Assembly: GCF_000143415.4 (NCBI RefSeq)
Contig: NW_003314262.1
Span: 2,716,603 to 2,780,602 of the forward strand
DNA: 64,000 bases
Source of the DNA: Selaginella moellendorffii
Lineage: Eukaryota; Plantae; Lycopodiophyta
Reading direction: 5' to 3'
Below the pieces are notes generated by a model, which was given only the letters and a program-made list of their open reading frames with translations, was not told the DNA's origin and ran no database searches. Position numbers and translations under genes: made by a program. Position 1 is the stretch's first letter, and each line of letters opens with the position of its first letter. Of the stretch, positions 12,725-26,730 are shown one piece after another.

Positions 12725-13541
12725 AATAAACCCATAAGAAATCAAACATATTTATGTTAATCATTTATGAATACTACAAACCAACACAATACACATTATT
12801 AGTCACCTTTTAGCCAACTAGCTCTTCATCAAAACTCATAAATCATTACACCAAAGATATCTTTTATAAATTAAATAACTTTATCAGAAATGTGTTATAT
12901 ATATTAGAATATTAGCTATATAATAACTCTGTATATTTTACTTTTTCTCTTCATTTATAATTTGTATTTAATATAATTCTAATGTGATTTTTGCAATTAA
13001 ATTTGTTAAACTTAATATTGTCAAAACAAAATCCTAAAAAATTTAATAATAAATTTCTTTTGAGTATATTTAATCATTTTATCTAGCAAATTTTTAGAGA
13101 AAGTTTTAATTATAATTAAAGTTTTCAAAAAACTGTTATATTTATAACTGGGCCTCAAATTCTCAGTAATTACATTTTAAATTTTCAAACATATGTATAA
13201 TTCTTAACAAAATTATAATATTTAATTAAAAAATAGTTATACTTGTAAAATTTGTGTAATTGTTCAATAAATTTATACTAAATGTAAAATTCGATGAACA
13301 AATTTAAATAATTTACTGTAATTAACTAGTTTTTGCACATATTAATTGTCATGGACAAATGCATACCATAATTAAATGCATTTGAAAAAATTGCAACTTT
13401 AATTGATAACATCCATCATATATATTATAAAGCCAAATATAAAAAAATATATATCTTTGTTATAATGATTACATTTTTATTTATATACTATACAACTCTA
13501 TAAAAGTCATGTAAAAAATGAAATTTTCTTATGGGTTTATT
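12725..13541. mobile_element. AT-rich degenerate MITE/foldback-like element bounded by a 17-bp perfect inverted repeat
   Basis: AATAAACCCATAAGAAA at 12725-12741 and its reverse complement at 13525-13541, plus further inverted similarity (AATCATTACACCAAAGATAT at ~12841 vs ATATCTTTGTTATAATGATT at 13451). No clear TSD. Confidence 0.45.
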
Positions 13542-14344
13542 AATCAATGATGTTTAACTCATAAGATATTTGAGAATATACTTAAATATATAGAAGTATT
13601 TTTAACATTCCATAATTTATCCAAAAACATATTCTTACATATTTCATACTTATTAATAGATAAAAATTATAGTAATTTTACTATAAAAATAAATTAAATA
13701 ATTTTAATAAAATTATAATAATATTTTTGTAAGAAAACTTGATCAAGTAGAAAGGAGAATATGACCATTATACCGAAAGCTTTAAATTTCATTCACATCC
13801 ACACCGCAAAGAAACAAATTTAGTAACAACTAATCAAAGATGTCAGGTACTCCAATACTTCATGAAGTTAAACATTATAATCTAAAGAGAAATATTTATA
13901 TTCACTCATTTGATTTCTTTTTTTTTTTCAAAGTCACACAACACAAAAAATTACTCATAAAAGTCAGATTTAAGTTAATTTTTTGCAATCCTCTTCATAT
14001 TGGTTGCAATTAAGCTTTGTAACATCCCCACTATTATCAGCTTGTATATGTTGTTAGTGATGACCCAAGCAATAAAGGACAAATGTCAGTTTATGCAAGT
14101 AAGATAAAAAAAATTATAAATTTATTTAAATGTTTTCCACTTATAGTGCGCTTCTCACGACGAATATGTGGCCTTCCTTAATCATCTCTACTAAACTATC
14201 TAACATTGAGTCTTTTGTTTATATTAGTAACATTAATTATATCTAAAAAATATATTAGTAGCATTAATAATTATAGTGGTGTTTATTTGATTTTGTTTTT
14301 CATATTTGTTCCAAAATGTTCTCTTATGTGCCAAGCATTTATTT

Positions 14345-14690
14345 TCAAATGTGAGTTGCTTTTACAAGCAAATTGATATTATTATATAAAGCTGAACTCT
14401 ATTGGTTACAGAGCTATAAGCTTCAATTAAATCTTTTTTGTTTTAAACATTGTTTTTGTGAGAGAGTTATGTATCAAATGCATTACAAGAGGTTTATTGC
14501 TGTCAAAGGTGAGTTGCTTTTATTTCCTAACACTGTTATATGAAACAGAACTGTATTGGATGTAAAGCTACAAACTTTAATCGGATGCTTTTATGACCAA
14601 CATTGTTTCTGTAAGAGATTTATATACCAATACAGTTTGGCGTTGCTGAGCACCTATTTTTAAAGGTGAGTTGCTCTTATTTCCTAACAA
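14345..14690 (+). repeat. Degenerate tandem repeat, ~157-bp period, about 2.2 copies
   Basis: GTGAGTTGCT at 14351, 14509 and 14666; matching internal blocks (GAACT.TATTGG..., AACATTGTTT.TGT.AGAGA.TTAT.TA) are offset by about 155-158 bp. Confidence 0.65.
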
Positions 14691-15186
14691 GAAAATATTG
14701 ATTCTGCTTTTCTTGCATGACGAAGCTACTAGCTGTGGGTTATTGCAGAACATGAAGCAGATTTGAGAAAGGAATGAGATGCGCAACGTGTAACAGACGC
14801 TGAGGTTCTTTTCTAACTTTTTTTGTTCTTCCAAGATCTGAAGATCTTTTCAGCATAATCCAAGCCGACTGCCAGCATCGAATAGAGACACGGCAAGTTT
14901 GTGATGCTCCAGCAGCAATACGCAGCCGTGGAGCAGCGCCTGGCAAGCACAAACGCGACAGCTGACACTTAAGGAGTTTGCGGCCCACAAATTAGCTCAG
15001 AGGCCGTCCTCGATGCCCCAGCCTAGATCCTGGTCGCAGCCACAAAATTGCCGAGACAAATACAAAGCACAGGTATACTCCATCTTTTCTAAGAAACTTG
15101 CTCAGGCAATTCTCTCTTCGTAGGAGAGCTCTTTTTCTTGTTCTGAAATTCTTTGTGTTTGTTTGAGTTCCAAAGCAAAACCCTAT

Positions 15187-16265
15187 ATGGGACGAGCGAA
15201 CATGACTGTGGTTACGAACAAAGCATATTCTAGAGAAATATTCTAAAATCCATTGCAAAGCATACTCATCTTCACTTGCGTTGTGGGCGACTTGTGCCGA
15301 TCAACGAGACCTGGATGGATTCATCCGGTTTGGAGATATCACCAGCGCCAAGGTAAATACACAAGATTCATAGCCCTTTTTGTTTTGAAATTCTCTTCTT
15401 TTCTCAATTAATTAGATCATGCGTGACGAGAAAAACTTGGCAATGGGCTATGGCCTCGTCACCTTTAGCAGCGAGAGAGGCATGCGCAAGGCCATTGAGA
15501 AGATGAACGGCAAGCCCTTGCCGGACACGGGCTACGAGGTCCACCTGCTAGACGTGTTTGAAGCAACGCCAGGGAGGGACTCTTGGAGCTGGGACACACG
15601 AGAGTGCGAGAGGTGTGGACTGCCTGGCCACTGCAAAAAGGATTGCAACTCCATTCCCCCTACCGATCCAAGGCATGTCTTTGCGGGAGAGCTCAAGCCC
15701 CACCCATTCAGACCTGAGGTGCGTTAAAGCTTGCAATTTCTCCGTGAAAGTTTGTCATCTCTCCTCCTTGTGTGTGTGCAAGGTTAAGCGGTACACGCTC
15801 ACCCGTGAGGACTGGCCATGGGAGCCCCCGCCGCCTGATTACACCCAGAGAGAATGGCGGCAGGTGAGGAGAACGTATTGGAACATGACGGTCGCCGTGG
15901 ATCCAAAGCGGCTCCAGGAGAACGTTTTGGAAGCCTTTGATCGCTATGGCCCCTGGGAGTTCTTCCACGATCCTATGGACAGAGCTGATGGTCCCCAGGA
16001 TTATCAGGCCATAAGAGTAAGGGACTGGGACGTTTGTTTTCTAGTAAACAAAGGGTTCACAAAATTTAGAGATCATCGCTCTTCTCGTCTTTGGCAGCAC
16101 CGTGCACTACGGTTGCAACGAAACCGATGCCTGCACAGTCGAAGCGGTTTCTCAGCGTTGCTCGGCCCATTTTGTTTTTTGGAGCTCCATCCGCCGAAGT
16201 ATCGGTTCACAGCCACGGCCTTCGATCCGAGGTACGGGCTTAGAAGAAGGAACGACTCTGGATGA
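15187..16265 (+). pseudogene. RRM + CCHC zinc-knuckle RNA-binding gene (RZ-1-like architecture), 5' exon apparently disrupted
   Basis: Spliced RRM ...RFGDITSAK|IMRDEKNLAMGYGLVTFSSERGMRKAIEKMNG and knuckle CERCGLPGHCKKDC. The RNP2-like FTCVVGDL lies in a different frame and follows an in-frame TAA. Confidence 0.55.
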
Positions 16266-16400
16266 TTCAGTGATGGCTCCTTGCTCTGTAGTCCCTCGGC
16301 CGCGAGCACAATCAGCCTACAATCAGTCTTACAATTAGCCAATGTATATATGTATTTTACACCTCCAAATTTTATATACTAAAGTAAAACTATATAGGCT

Positions 16401-18317
16401 TTATATTACAGTTTTTACAAGGTCATCTTTTCTTTCACGTATACTAACCATCTTGTTTATAGCATTCTTAACCTTTTCCATGCTCACATCTAGAAGCTTA
16501 CCAGTATCTGAAGCTATGCAGTCACAAGAAGTTGCATGATTGGGAACAAACAGCTTAGCCTTCTCATCCGAAGAAAACAGTGCAACACTGCAGCACAATT
16601 ACAGTCTTTAGCAAGTCTAGCAAGCAGCACAACGTTCCATCACTTACGTTGGCTTCTTAACAGATATTGCTAGTTGCAAAGCAGCAGTGTTGGTTGTGAT
16701 CACTCCAAATGAATCATTTATAAGTGCTGCAAGCTGAAGAAAAAAGCGAAAGGCCTTCAATATTAGGAAACCAAGAAAATTTGGGAAAACCTGGCCAGGA
16801 GTTGTGATGAAAATGATGTGAGCATCGGGACCGATCACTTCTTCAACTTTGGACCTCTCCTTTTCGTGCGGGATAACGAACACAGGAACTTTACTGCTAA
16901 AAGCTCCCAGGAAATCAGCATTTGGCGATATAATAGAGAACGACGTACCTCAACGATTTTGCTATCAAGCTCCACCTTGACACTGGCAGCAAGGAGTCTG
17001 AATCCCCTCTCGACTTCATAGTTGCGGCAGAATCTGACTCTATGCCGTGGATGACAATAAACTCCCCTCTCCGGAGCGATGCCTCTGTCCATTTCTTGAG
17101 AATGACTCCTCTCAGCCTGGAAGATATTCCGACGGTCAATTGAGGAGGATAAATTCTGGGAATGCCTTTGGCGGGCTTCCCAAGCTCTTCATTAAGTTCG
17201 TGATACCTGCATCAAAAACTTTAGGCCAATCCTTGGTCGTAGAACTGTAAAAACTGTGACTCTGAAAACTTACATATGATAACCACCTTCTGCTAGATTC
17301 AACCTTGGAGCATCCACTGCGGCGTATAAGAATGGTCCAGCTCCAGCGCCGTTCACGTCGGGATATATGTAGCCAATGTTTTTAGTGCAGTCTGTGAGCC
17401 ACATAAACAAGGCGTGGCCAATGCCTGCCAGTTTCGTAGAGACGATCATATCGTAGTACTCGTTCTGCAAAGATCAAACGATTATTTCGTACAGCGTCAA
17501 ACCTGAAATATCAAAACTAATCAAAGAACACATCGAAGACTTGCAGCAAAAAACCATGAAACTTTCACAAAGTCACGTAGTAAACAAAACTTTAGAACAA
17601 AGAAGTATCGAAAGGTCACAAAGACGATCACGTAAATGCATGACAAAAGGATAAACGGCTACCTAGAGCGCAAGACCACCCAGAGAAAATAGTGAAAGAT
17701 TTCCTACAGACCTTAACCATCGTGAGCATTTCCATGTAGAGCGCAGGCTTGATGAACTGCTGATCGATGTCAAACACCCAAGCTCTCGACACATTCTTGT
17801 TCATCTCGTACACTTGCTTGCCTCTCTCGCTCGCGATCACGTCAATCTCCACGCCAGGATATCTATCCTTGAGCAGCTCGATCACTGGGAAGAAGAGCAA
17901 ATTTTCATACACTCCCCCCGCCACCAGGCACAGGCATTTGCGCACCTCGTCTCTCACCTTGGCCGCCAGGGGCCGGATCTCCGCCGTGTAGCCCTTTGGA
18001 ACCTTGCGAAACCCCGACTTGGATTTGGGATCCAGCGGCGGGATGTACTCCTGCTCCGGCTGCCTCCCGCCCTCCGTGAACAAATTCCCCCAAACCAGGT
18101 CGGGATCCTCCTCGTTGAAGAGGAATGGATCCTTCCACTTCCTCTTGGCGGCGCCGATTGGCGGCGGCGCTGCGCGGCGCGATTGATCCCCCGCGAAATC
18201 CCTCCTGCCGCTGCCAAAATCTTTCCTCCTAGGTGCATTCTTGGAGAACTCGAAATCGCGCGAGGAATGCGAGGATAGGGCGGCGCTACTCAGCGAGAGT
18301 TGGGCTATGGCGGCCAT
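16401..18317 (-). CDS. PNSB1: Chloroplast NDH subcomplex B subunit 1 (PnsB1/NDF1/NDH48)
   Basis: Ser/Ala-rich transit peptide; KWKDPF...DPD...GNLF..G; CLVAGGVYENLLFFPVIELLKDRYPGVEIDVIASERGKQVYEMNKNV; NEYYDMIVSTKLAGIGHALF; LAALINDSFGVITTNTAALQLA. Confidence 0.93.
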
Positions 18318-18427
18318 CAAATCCCAGCCTTGTGAAACTAGGCGCTATATCCCAGAGGAATATTCCTTGGGCGGGAATATCCTGTGATAGGTTTTAGGGT
18401 TTAAGCGAGGAAGGAGAAGGTGGGGCT
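18318..18427. promoter_or_regulatory. 110-bp bidirectional promoter region between PnsB1 and TGS1
   Basis: Divergent ATGs at 18317 and 18428. Contains GAATATTC (18358), GGCGGGAA (E2F-like, 18370), GAATATCC (18375) and a telo-box TAGGGTTT (~18396). Confidence 0.6.
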
Positions 18428-20359
<1,932 letters not shown>

Positions 20360-20397
20360 TATGCGAATCTTTTAGGGTATATTCTATCACTTGTGAA

Positions 20398-22054
20398 ATG
20401 GGTTCTTTGGGGGAAGGAGGCGGCGGCGACGGCGTTGGCGCTGTGATCGTCATCATCGATTCGTCTGACGAAGAAGAAATCCAGGTGCGCGAGGGAAGTT
20501 ACTCGATCCGGCAACAGCAGGGAGAGAATGGATCTCTCTCGCAAGCCGTGGATCTGAGTCCAGGGTTTAGAAATGCCGCGGCGATGGCGGGATGGGACGA
20601 CGAGGCCCTGCTGGCGGTGTGGGATTGCGAGGCGGCGGCGACGCCAGACAAGAGCAGCGGCGAGAGAGGAGATCGAAAGAGGGATGTGAGAACCCCCGGA
20701 CAAGCAACTACTCCAGCCAGTTTGAATCGAGTGTAAGTTTCGTTTCTTCTCTTTAGTTGATCTCCTTTCTTTTGGCATGTTTCTAGGCACAGGAAGCCTC
20801 GCCGACCGATTGATAGCTCGGATGTGAATTTAGAGAGACTTACGATACATGATGGTGGAGGTACTTCGAGTTTTTCTCGGTTTTTTTTTTCCTTCGTGTT
20901 CTACACACTCTTTTTTTTTTTTTTTGTATCAGATGGTGCTCTAGTGAGGAACTTGCAAAAGAAAATCGATAGAGTCGGGGAGGATGAAAGTAAGTTCTTG
21001 GGCTTGGTTTGGTTAGAATTTTTTTTATTTCTATCAGATGGTGCTCGAGTGGGCAACTTGCAAAAGAAAATCGACAGAGTCGGACAGGATGGAAGATCCG
21101 GAAGTAAGTTCTTACGCTTTATTTGCTTACAAAATGATCTTGTTGGTCTTCTTTAGCTTCACAAGAGAAGGAAAGTGTCAAGAACGAGATTGGCACTGAT
21201 AAATCAGGTACAACATCGCAGGTTGCTGTTCTGGTTCTAAATTTTCTTCTACTTTTTCTCTGATGTTAGACCAAGGCGACAAAGACAAGGAACAAGGTGG
21301 AGCGGCTAGACCAGCTTGTCTGGACCAGCTTAGAGACGAGCTCTCTTGTGCCGTAAGTGGTTCTTACATCCTCCTTCATGCTACACGCTAAGTTTCTTTG
21401 AGCTTTCACAGGTTTGTTTGGATGTATGTTTTAAGCCATCGACAACTTCCTGTGGTCACAGGTAGCTATTGTTTTCTTTCAGAAACTCTAAAGATTCGAT
21501 CACTCTTCTGTCACAAATTCCAGTTTCTGCCGGAGTTGCTTACAGTCCGCGGTCAGCAAGTGTGGCTTGCGCTGTCCAAAGTGTCGGCAAGCTATAAAGT
21601 AAGCAGCTCCTTTGTTTTCTGTGAAAAGAGAAAAAAGCTTTAATGCAGAGAGCAAGGAGCGATCAACGTCGTCTTGTGGAACACGATCCAGATCTTGTTC
21701 CCGGACGAGACAGCCAAGAGATCACAAGCCAAGAGGGAAGAAGAAGATGAAAGAACTTCCCGAGCGCAGCGAAGCAACCAAAATTCTCGCCAAGTTTCGG
21801 TCGATAGAAGCCGGCCGATTGGAAACTTTAGGAGGGTGGCAGCACCATTTAGAGCTCCTTCCCGGCGCAGCAGCGATCGCAGCTCCAGCGCCACTCCCAT
21901 CGATTTAGAATCGCGAAGGCAGCAGGAAGAACTCGATAGGATCGTCGCGGAGAGGCTCCAGGAGGACGAGCTAAGATCGTCATCGTCTTCTTCTTCGGCG
22001 GAGCTCTTTGGATTTCACAGGAGACTAAGACGCGCGCATCGAGCACAGCTCTGA
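20398..22054 (+). CDS. C3HC4 RING-finger E3 ubiquitin ligase-like protein
   Basis: SPGFRNAAAMAGWDDEALL N-terminal motif; spliced RING CLDQLRDELSCAVCLDVCFKPSTTSCGHSFCRSCLQSAVSKCGLRCPKCRQ; INVVLWNTIQILFP. Confidence 0.85.
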
Positions 22055-22261
22055 CAAACAAACTCAATGTTAAATGGCACGTGGCCGCATATGATTGGCT
22101 CTTATTTATGAACAGTATATTCGTCGCAAATTTGATGCCCTAGATTAATAGGCGTTCTAGGGTTTTTGGTAACGAGGAGCTCCAGATCTGAGAGCTCAAT
22201 TTCGCCGGGGTAGCTCGACGCGATGCTGGATTGCGCTAGGATCTGCTAGATCCTGCTCCGG

Positions 22262-24238
22262 ATGATGACGAAGAACGGAATGCTCGAGTGTCATCGCTGC
22301 GGCGGCAAGCTGGGGAATGCCTCGCCTACGGTTCGCTCGATCTCAAAGGCGTATGACCGGCATCACTCTGACCAGGCGTCGCGGTTCCGGGGCCTCAGCA
22401 TTCTTCTTGTAGCGTTTGATTGTATGCTCATTGCGCTACAGGTAAGAAATTCTCCATCATTCTTTTGTGGGGTAGAATTTGATCTATGTCGTTTGATCTG
22501 GTGTTCTTTGCAGCCGATCCTAGTGTACATGTCCAAAGTAGATGGGAAGTTTTTGTTTAGCCCGATTAGCGTGAATTTCCTCACGGAAATGACCAAGGTG
22601 GTCTTCGCGATTTGTATGCTCGTTTTCCAGGTGAGAAACGCCCGGGGTTCTCTTCTTCTCTGTATTAAAGAGTACTTTCAGGCACGCAAGCAAAGAGCTG
22701 GCGAGAGATCGCTCCTGAGTCCTCGAGTAATTTTTCAGGTTTTTAATTCGTCTTCTATCCTCTTTGATTGAAACTCACTCTATGCATTTGCTCCCAGGCT
22801 GCCCGAGCAAATCGTTTGCTTGCACTTCCAGCAGCCCTCTACGCAGTTAACAACTACCTCAAGTTCGCAATGCAGGTAACTCCGCGTGGTTTCTTCGTTT
22901 CTTTTTTCTGTCAAGCGCCTGCTCTACTATGTTCTGATTTTCTCTTGCAGCTCTATTTTAATCCAGCGACTGTGAAGATGCTGAGTAACCTTAAGGTTAG
23001 AGACATGTTGTTTCTTTCTTCTTATTGTTCTTGTGATGAGTATTTTATTGTAGGTGCTGATGATTGCCTTGCTTCTCAAAGTGATCATGAGACGCCGGTT
23101 TTCAGTTTTACAGGTGAAACTTCGTGCATTTTGCTCTTCAGGTGTTCTAACTTGTGGAAGCAGTGGGAGGCACTTGCTTTGCTACTGATTGGTATCAGTG
23201 TGAATCAGCTGCATACGACGCCAACTGGGACAACGGTCGTCGTTCCGCTTCAATCCATTGCATATGTATACACCTTGATTTTTGTAAGTCAGATTTTCTT
23301 TGTATGCTGTGCTGTTTGCTCAATCTACGATCTCCGTTACAGGTCACTGTGCCATCCATGGCGTCCGTGTTCAATGAATACGCCCTTAAGAGTCAGTTCG
23401 AGACAAGTGTTCATCTTCAGGTGCGTGTGCTACACGTAGTTTTTGTAAATGTTTTTTTCTCTGTTTCTTTTTGCAGAACCTGTTTCTTTACAGTTATGGA
23501 GCGATGTTCAACTTTCTAGCGATTCTGGTTACTGCTGATTTTAGTGGTATGGCCTTTACTTTCTATCTGTTTTTTCTTTTTCTTAATCCATATGCGCTTC
23601 GTCAGCTGGGAATGGGCTTAATCTTTTCAAGGGCCACTCTCGGGCAACAATGTTTCTAATCTTCAACAACGCAGCGCAAGGAATACTCTCTTGCTTCTTT
23701 TTAAAATATGCTGGTAAGTCTTGAACTTTTGATGTGGCGTTTCTATAGGTGCGTTTTTCCAGATGCAATCTTGAAAAAGTACTCTTCTACTGTTGCAACA
23801 ATCTTTACGGCTTTGGCTTCTGCCGCCTTATTCGGGCACAAACTGACAATCAACTTTGTCTTAGGAGTATCAATTGTTATAATTTCTATGCACCAGGTAT
23901 TCTCGTAGCTCTATTGCAAATACTCTGCTAACATAATAATGTAACAGTTCTTCTCGGCACTAAGCAAAACGAAGGACGAAAAGCTTGACAATCAAATGGA
24001 CACGTTCGTTGACAAGCATAACACTTACACGAGGTAACCTTTATATTTGACCTCCATTTGTGCATTCTAACTTTTTTCCTTTAGGCCCAAGGATGACGCG
24101 TTTATCAATATGACTGCTGGTGCTGGTGAACAGGTATGAACTTCAATATTATTTGCTATGTATACTTACATCCGGTGCTAACAGGCAAACCTTAAAGTCG
24201 GTATACTGGATGACAGACAACCTTTGCTTCCTACTTAA
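22262..24238 (+). CDS. Golgi nucleotide-sugar transporter, CMP-sialic acid transporter-like (CSTLP/UTR6 group)
   Basis: [10 protein letters not shown]...SKAYDRH; [26 protein letters not shown]; [13 protein letters not shown]; [15 protein letters not shown]; [14 protein letters not shown]; ends ...DDRQPLLPT* (TAA at 24236-24238). Confidence 0.92.
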
Positions 24239-24304
24239 GCTCGAGCGCAGTAATATAGCAGTGTTAGTAGTATATGGAGCAGCATACTGTACAAAACCGC
24301 GGTG

Positions 24305-25715
24305 ATGGGTAAGGAGACGGTAACGTTTCCATTCAAGCCAATTTTTGCTGAGGAAGGTTTGAGTGGCTGTCTCAGAGCGAATGCACACGAGCTAAATAAG
24401 ATGGGGGGGAAAGCATTTTCGTTACCCGGATCAATGGCTGTGATTTCCTCAAGTTACAACCGTTTCGTGTTTTCTTTTTCTTTTTCCAGTGATGAGGTGC
24501 CGTAGCAGACCGGGCTTGCTTGTTCTGTTCTATATTTTCGGCGTCTACAACTTGACTTGTCTCTGGAGCCACAGTGGTACAACAGGCAGCTGGCCTAAGA
24601 GTGCGGCCTTTCGGATGCTACTGTTACCCTGGATTGCCGCTGATAGCATCAACAGCTTGGTAAGTTAAATCCTCTTCCATTCGACTGATTGCTGTTTTCT
24701 TTCCTTCCATTTTTTATTTTTTTAGACCGCGGACGAGTTTCGCAATCTTCAAACTGTGCTGAAGGAAGCTGCTTTCAACAAGACTGTCATCGTGACTCCT
24801 TTGAATAAGGCTTGGGCATCAAAACTGCTATCCTACTTCCTGGCTAGCTTCCAAGACGGTGACGATACGACCCGCCTTCTTCCGACGCTGCTGATCTTCA
24901 CGTTGGATCCATCTGCGCACAAGAAATGCCTGGAAGCTCATCCGCACTGCATCCTCCTCGAGAGCAATGGCGTGGACTTTTCAGCAGAGAAGCCGTACAT
25001 GACCCGGGACTACTTGAGAATGACAAGGAAGAAAATATCGTTCCTGAGCATTCTTCTACAGATGGGATACAACTTCATCTTCTCGGTAAAACTTTGAACC
25101 ACTTTCTCCTTGCCTTCCTGTACTAACTTCTTCTCCAGGAATCGTCTCCAGGATGCAGACGTCTTGTGGCTGCGAAATCCCTTCTCGAATTTCTCTCCGG
25201 AAGCAGACATGGAGCTGGCTTGCGATTTTTTCAATGGCAACGAGACGGACATTCACAACCTGGACAACACGGGGTTGATGCACGTGAGATCCAATAACCG
25301 GACGATCGAGCTCTTCAGGTACTGGGACAGGCACGCTAAGTTCTACTACCACATCCACGACCAGGAAGTCTTCGACAGGATCAAGCTCCACGCAGAGTTC
25401 CAGGCCATAGGAGCCAAGATCCGGTTCATGCCAACGGAGGTGTTCAGTGGGTTTTGCGAGCCAGCCAGCGACATAGAAAGAGTTTGCACCATTCACGCCA
25501 ACTGCTGCCAGGGCCTCCGCTCCAAGCTTGCGGATTTGCAGCTCGTCCAAGAGGACTGGAACCATTTCATGCGGACCAGGAACAGAGCAAATCGGCCCAA
25601 GAGGTTTCGAGCTCCGAGGACATGCCTCAAGGGATGCTTCTCGGCCTTTACGTCGAAACCGTGCTACAGGTCTTGCTACAACAGACGTTTGAATGTTTCT
25701 TCGATGTCAACTTAA
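24305..25715 (+). CDS. Nucleotide-diphospho-sugar transferase (GT77 family) type II membrane glycosyltransferase
   Basis: N-terminal TM segment (GLLVLFYIFGVYNL); NKTVIVTPLNKAWA; GYNFIFS|DADVLWLRNPF DxD motif; NTGLMHVRSNNRTIELF; HDQEVF; HANCCQGL. Start is 24305 (ATGG|intron 24309-24489|TGATG) or 24492. Confidence 0.88.
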
Positions 25716-25879
25716 ACTTGTTCGATGGGACTAGGAAAACTTGTTTTCATCAGATTTTCAATGAGTTCATGTAAGTGCATAATGCTTCCTATTTTGTGAA
25801 TTGCTAGTTTTCACTCATTCATACAGAGATTTGCAGCTCAGCCGGGGAGTTGCAAAGTTAGCTCTGAAGTGTTTCTCTG

Positions 25880-26730
25880 TCAGGCCGACCGAGTTTTGAT
25901 CCAATCGCTTGCAAAACTGCGAAGGGGATGAAACGAACAGCAACTGGATGCCCCGGGCACATCCTGCATCCAGCAGAGAATGGGATCATCTCCCGAAAGG
26001 TTCCACGGTGCTCATCAACATCTGGCAATCGGAAGAAATCCAAAACACTGGCCTAACCCAGAAGACTTTCGTCCTGAACGCTTTCCAAGGAACTGTGTAG
26101 CTGGCTAATGCCTCTTTCAGGATTGCGTGCATGTAAGGCAAGCCGGGGACATCTGAAGGCCTTAAGAGGCGCTTGGTCCCAATTGCGTCTTGGATTTCTT
26201 CATGCGGTTTTTGCATGACCAAGGGGTTCTGAATCACTTCTGCCATCGCCCAGTACAACTCCCTTCATGTTGTCAATTCAGCTGCAACCAGATCAAGAAC
26301 TTTGCGTTTACTTACAGTGAGCAGGGCCATGTCTGAGAGATTATTATCAGCAGCGTCTTGCAGAGACAGAAGCACATCCGTCCAGTCCTTGGGAATGAAT
26401 TCCTGGCCCGAGGATTCAATCTCGAGTTTGCAATTTTGGCATCAGATCGTCCCTTATTCTCCGCACTCGGCGGTATGAACTTCCCGTCTGCTTCTCAATC
26501 AGGCTGATCAAGTCCAAATAGAACCTGGCAGAACACACCAGAGATAAACTTACCTATGAATTCTCTGAGTTTGATGACTTTGGAGGCGGTGGCAAGACGT
26601 CCAACATCTTTGACCATGAGCTCCATTCCAGATTCTTGGTAAACAGCAGCAGCATCCAGCTTGGAGTGAGAAAGTGTAGAGATGTGATCATCTTCAGGTT
26701 CTTCCAGGACCATAAGGAGCAAGCATATAA
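25880..26730. pseudogene. Scrambled cytochrome P450 pseudogene with an internal inversion
   Basis: Minus strand: FIPKDWTDVLLSL and WAMAEVIQNPLVMQK...LPYMHAILKEAL (I-K helices). Plus strand: LPKGSTVLINIW...GRNPKHWPNPEDFRPERF. The two halves meet at ~26095; frameshifts and deletions present. Confidence 0.85.
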
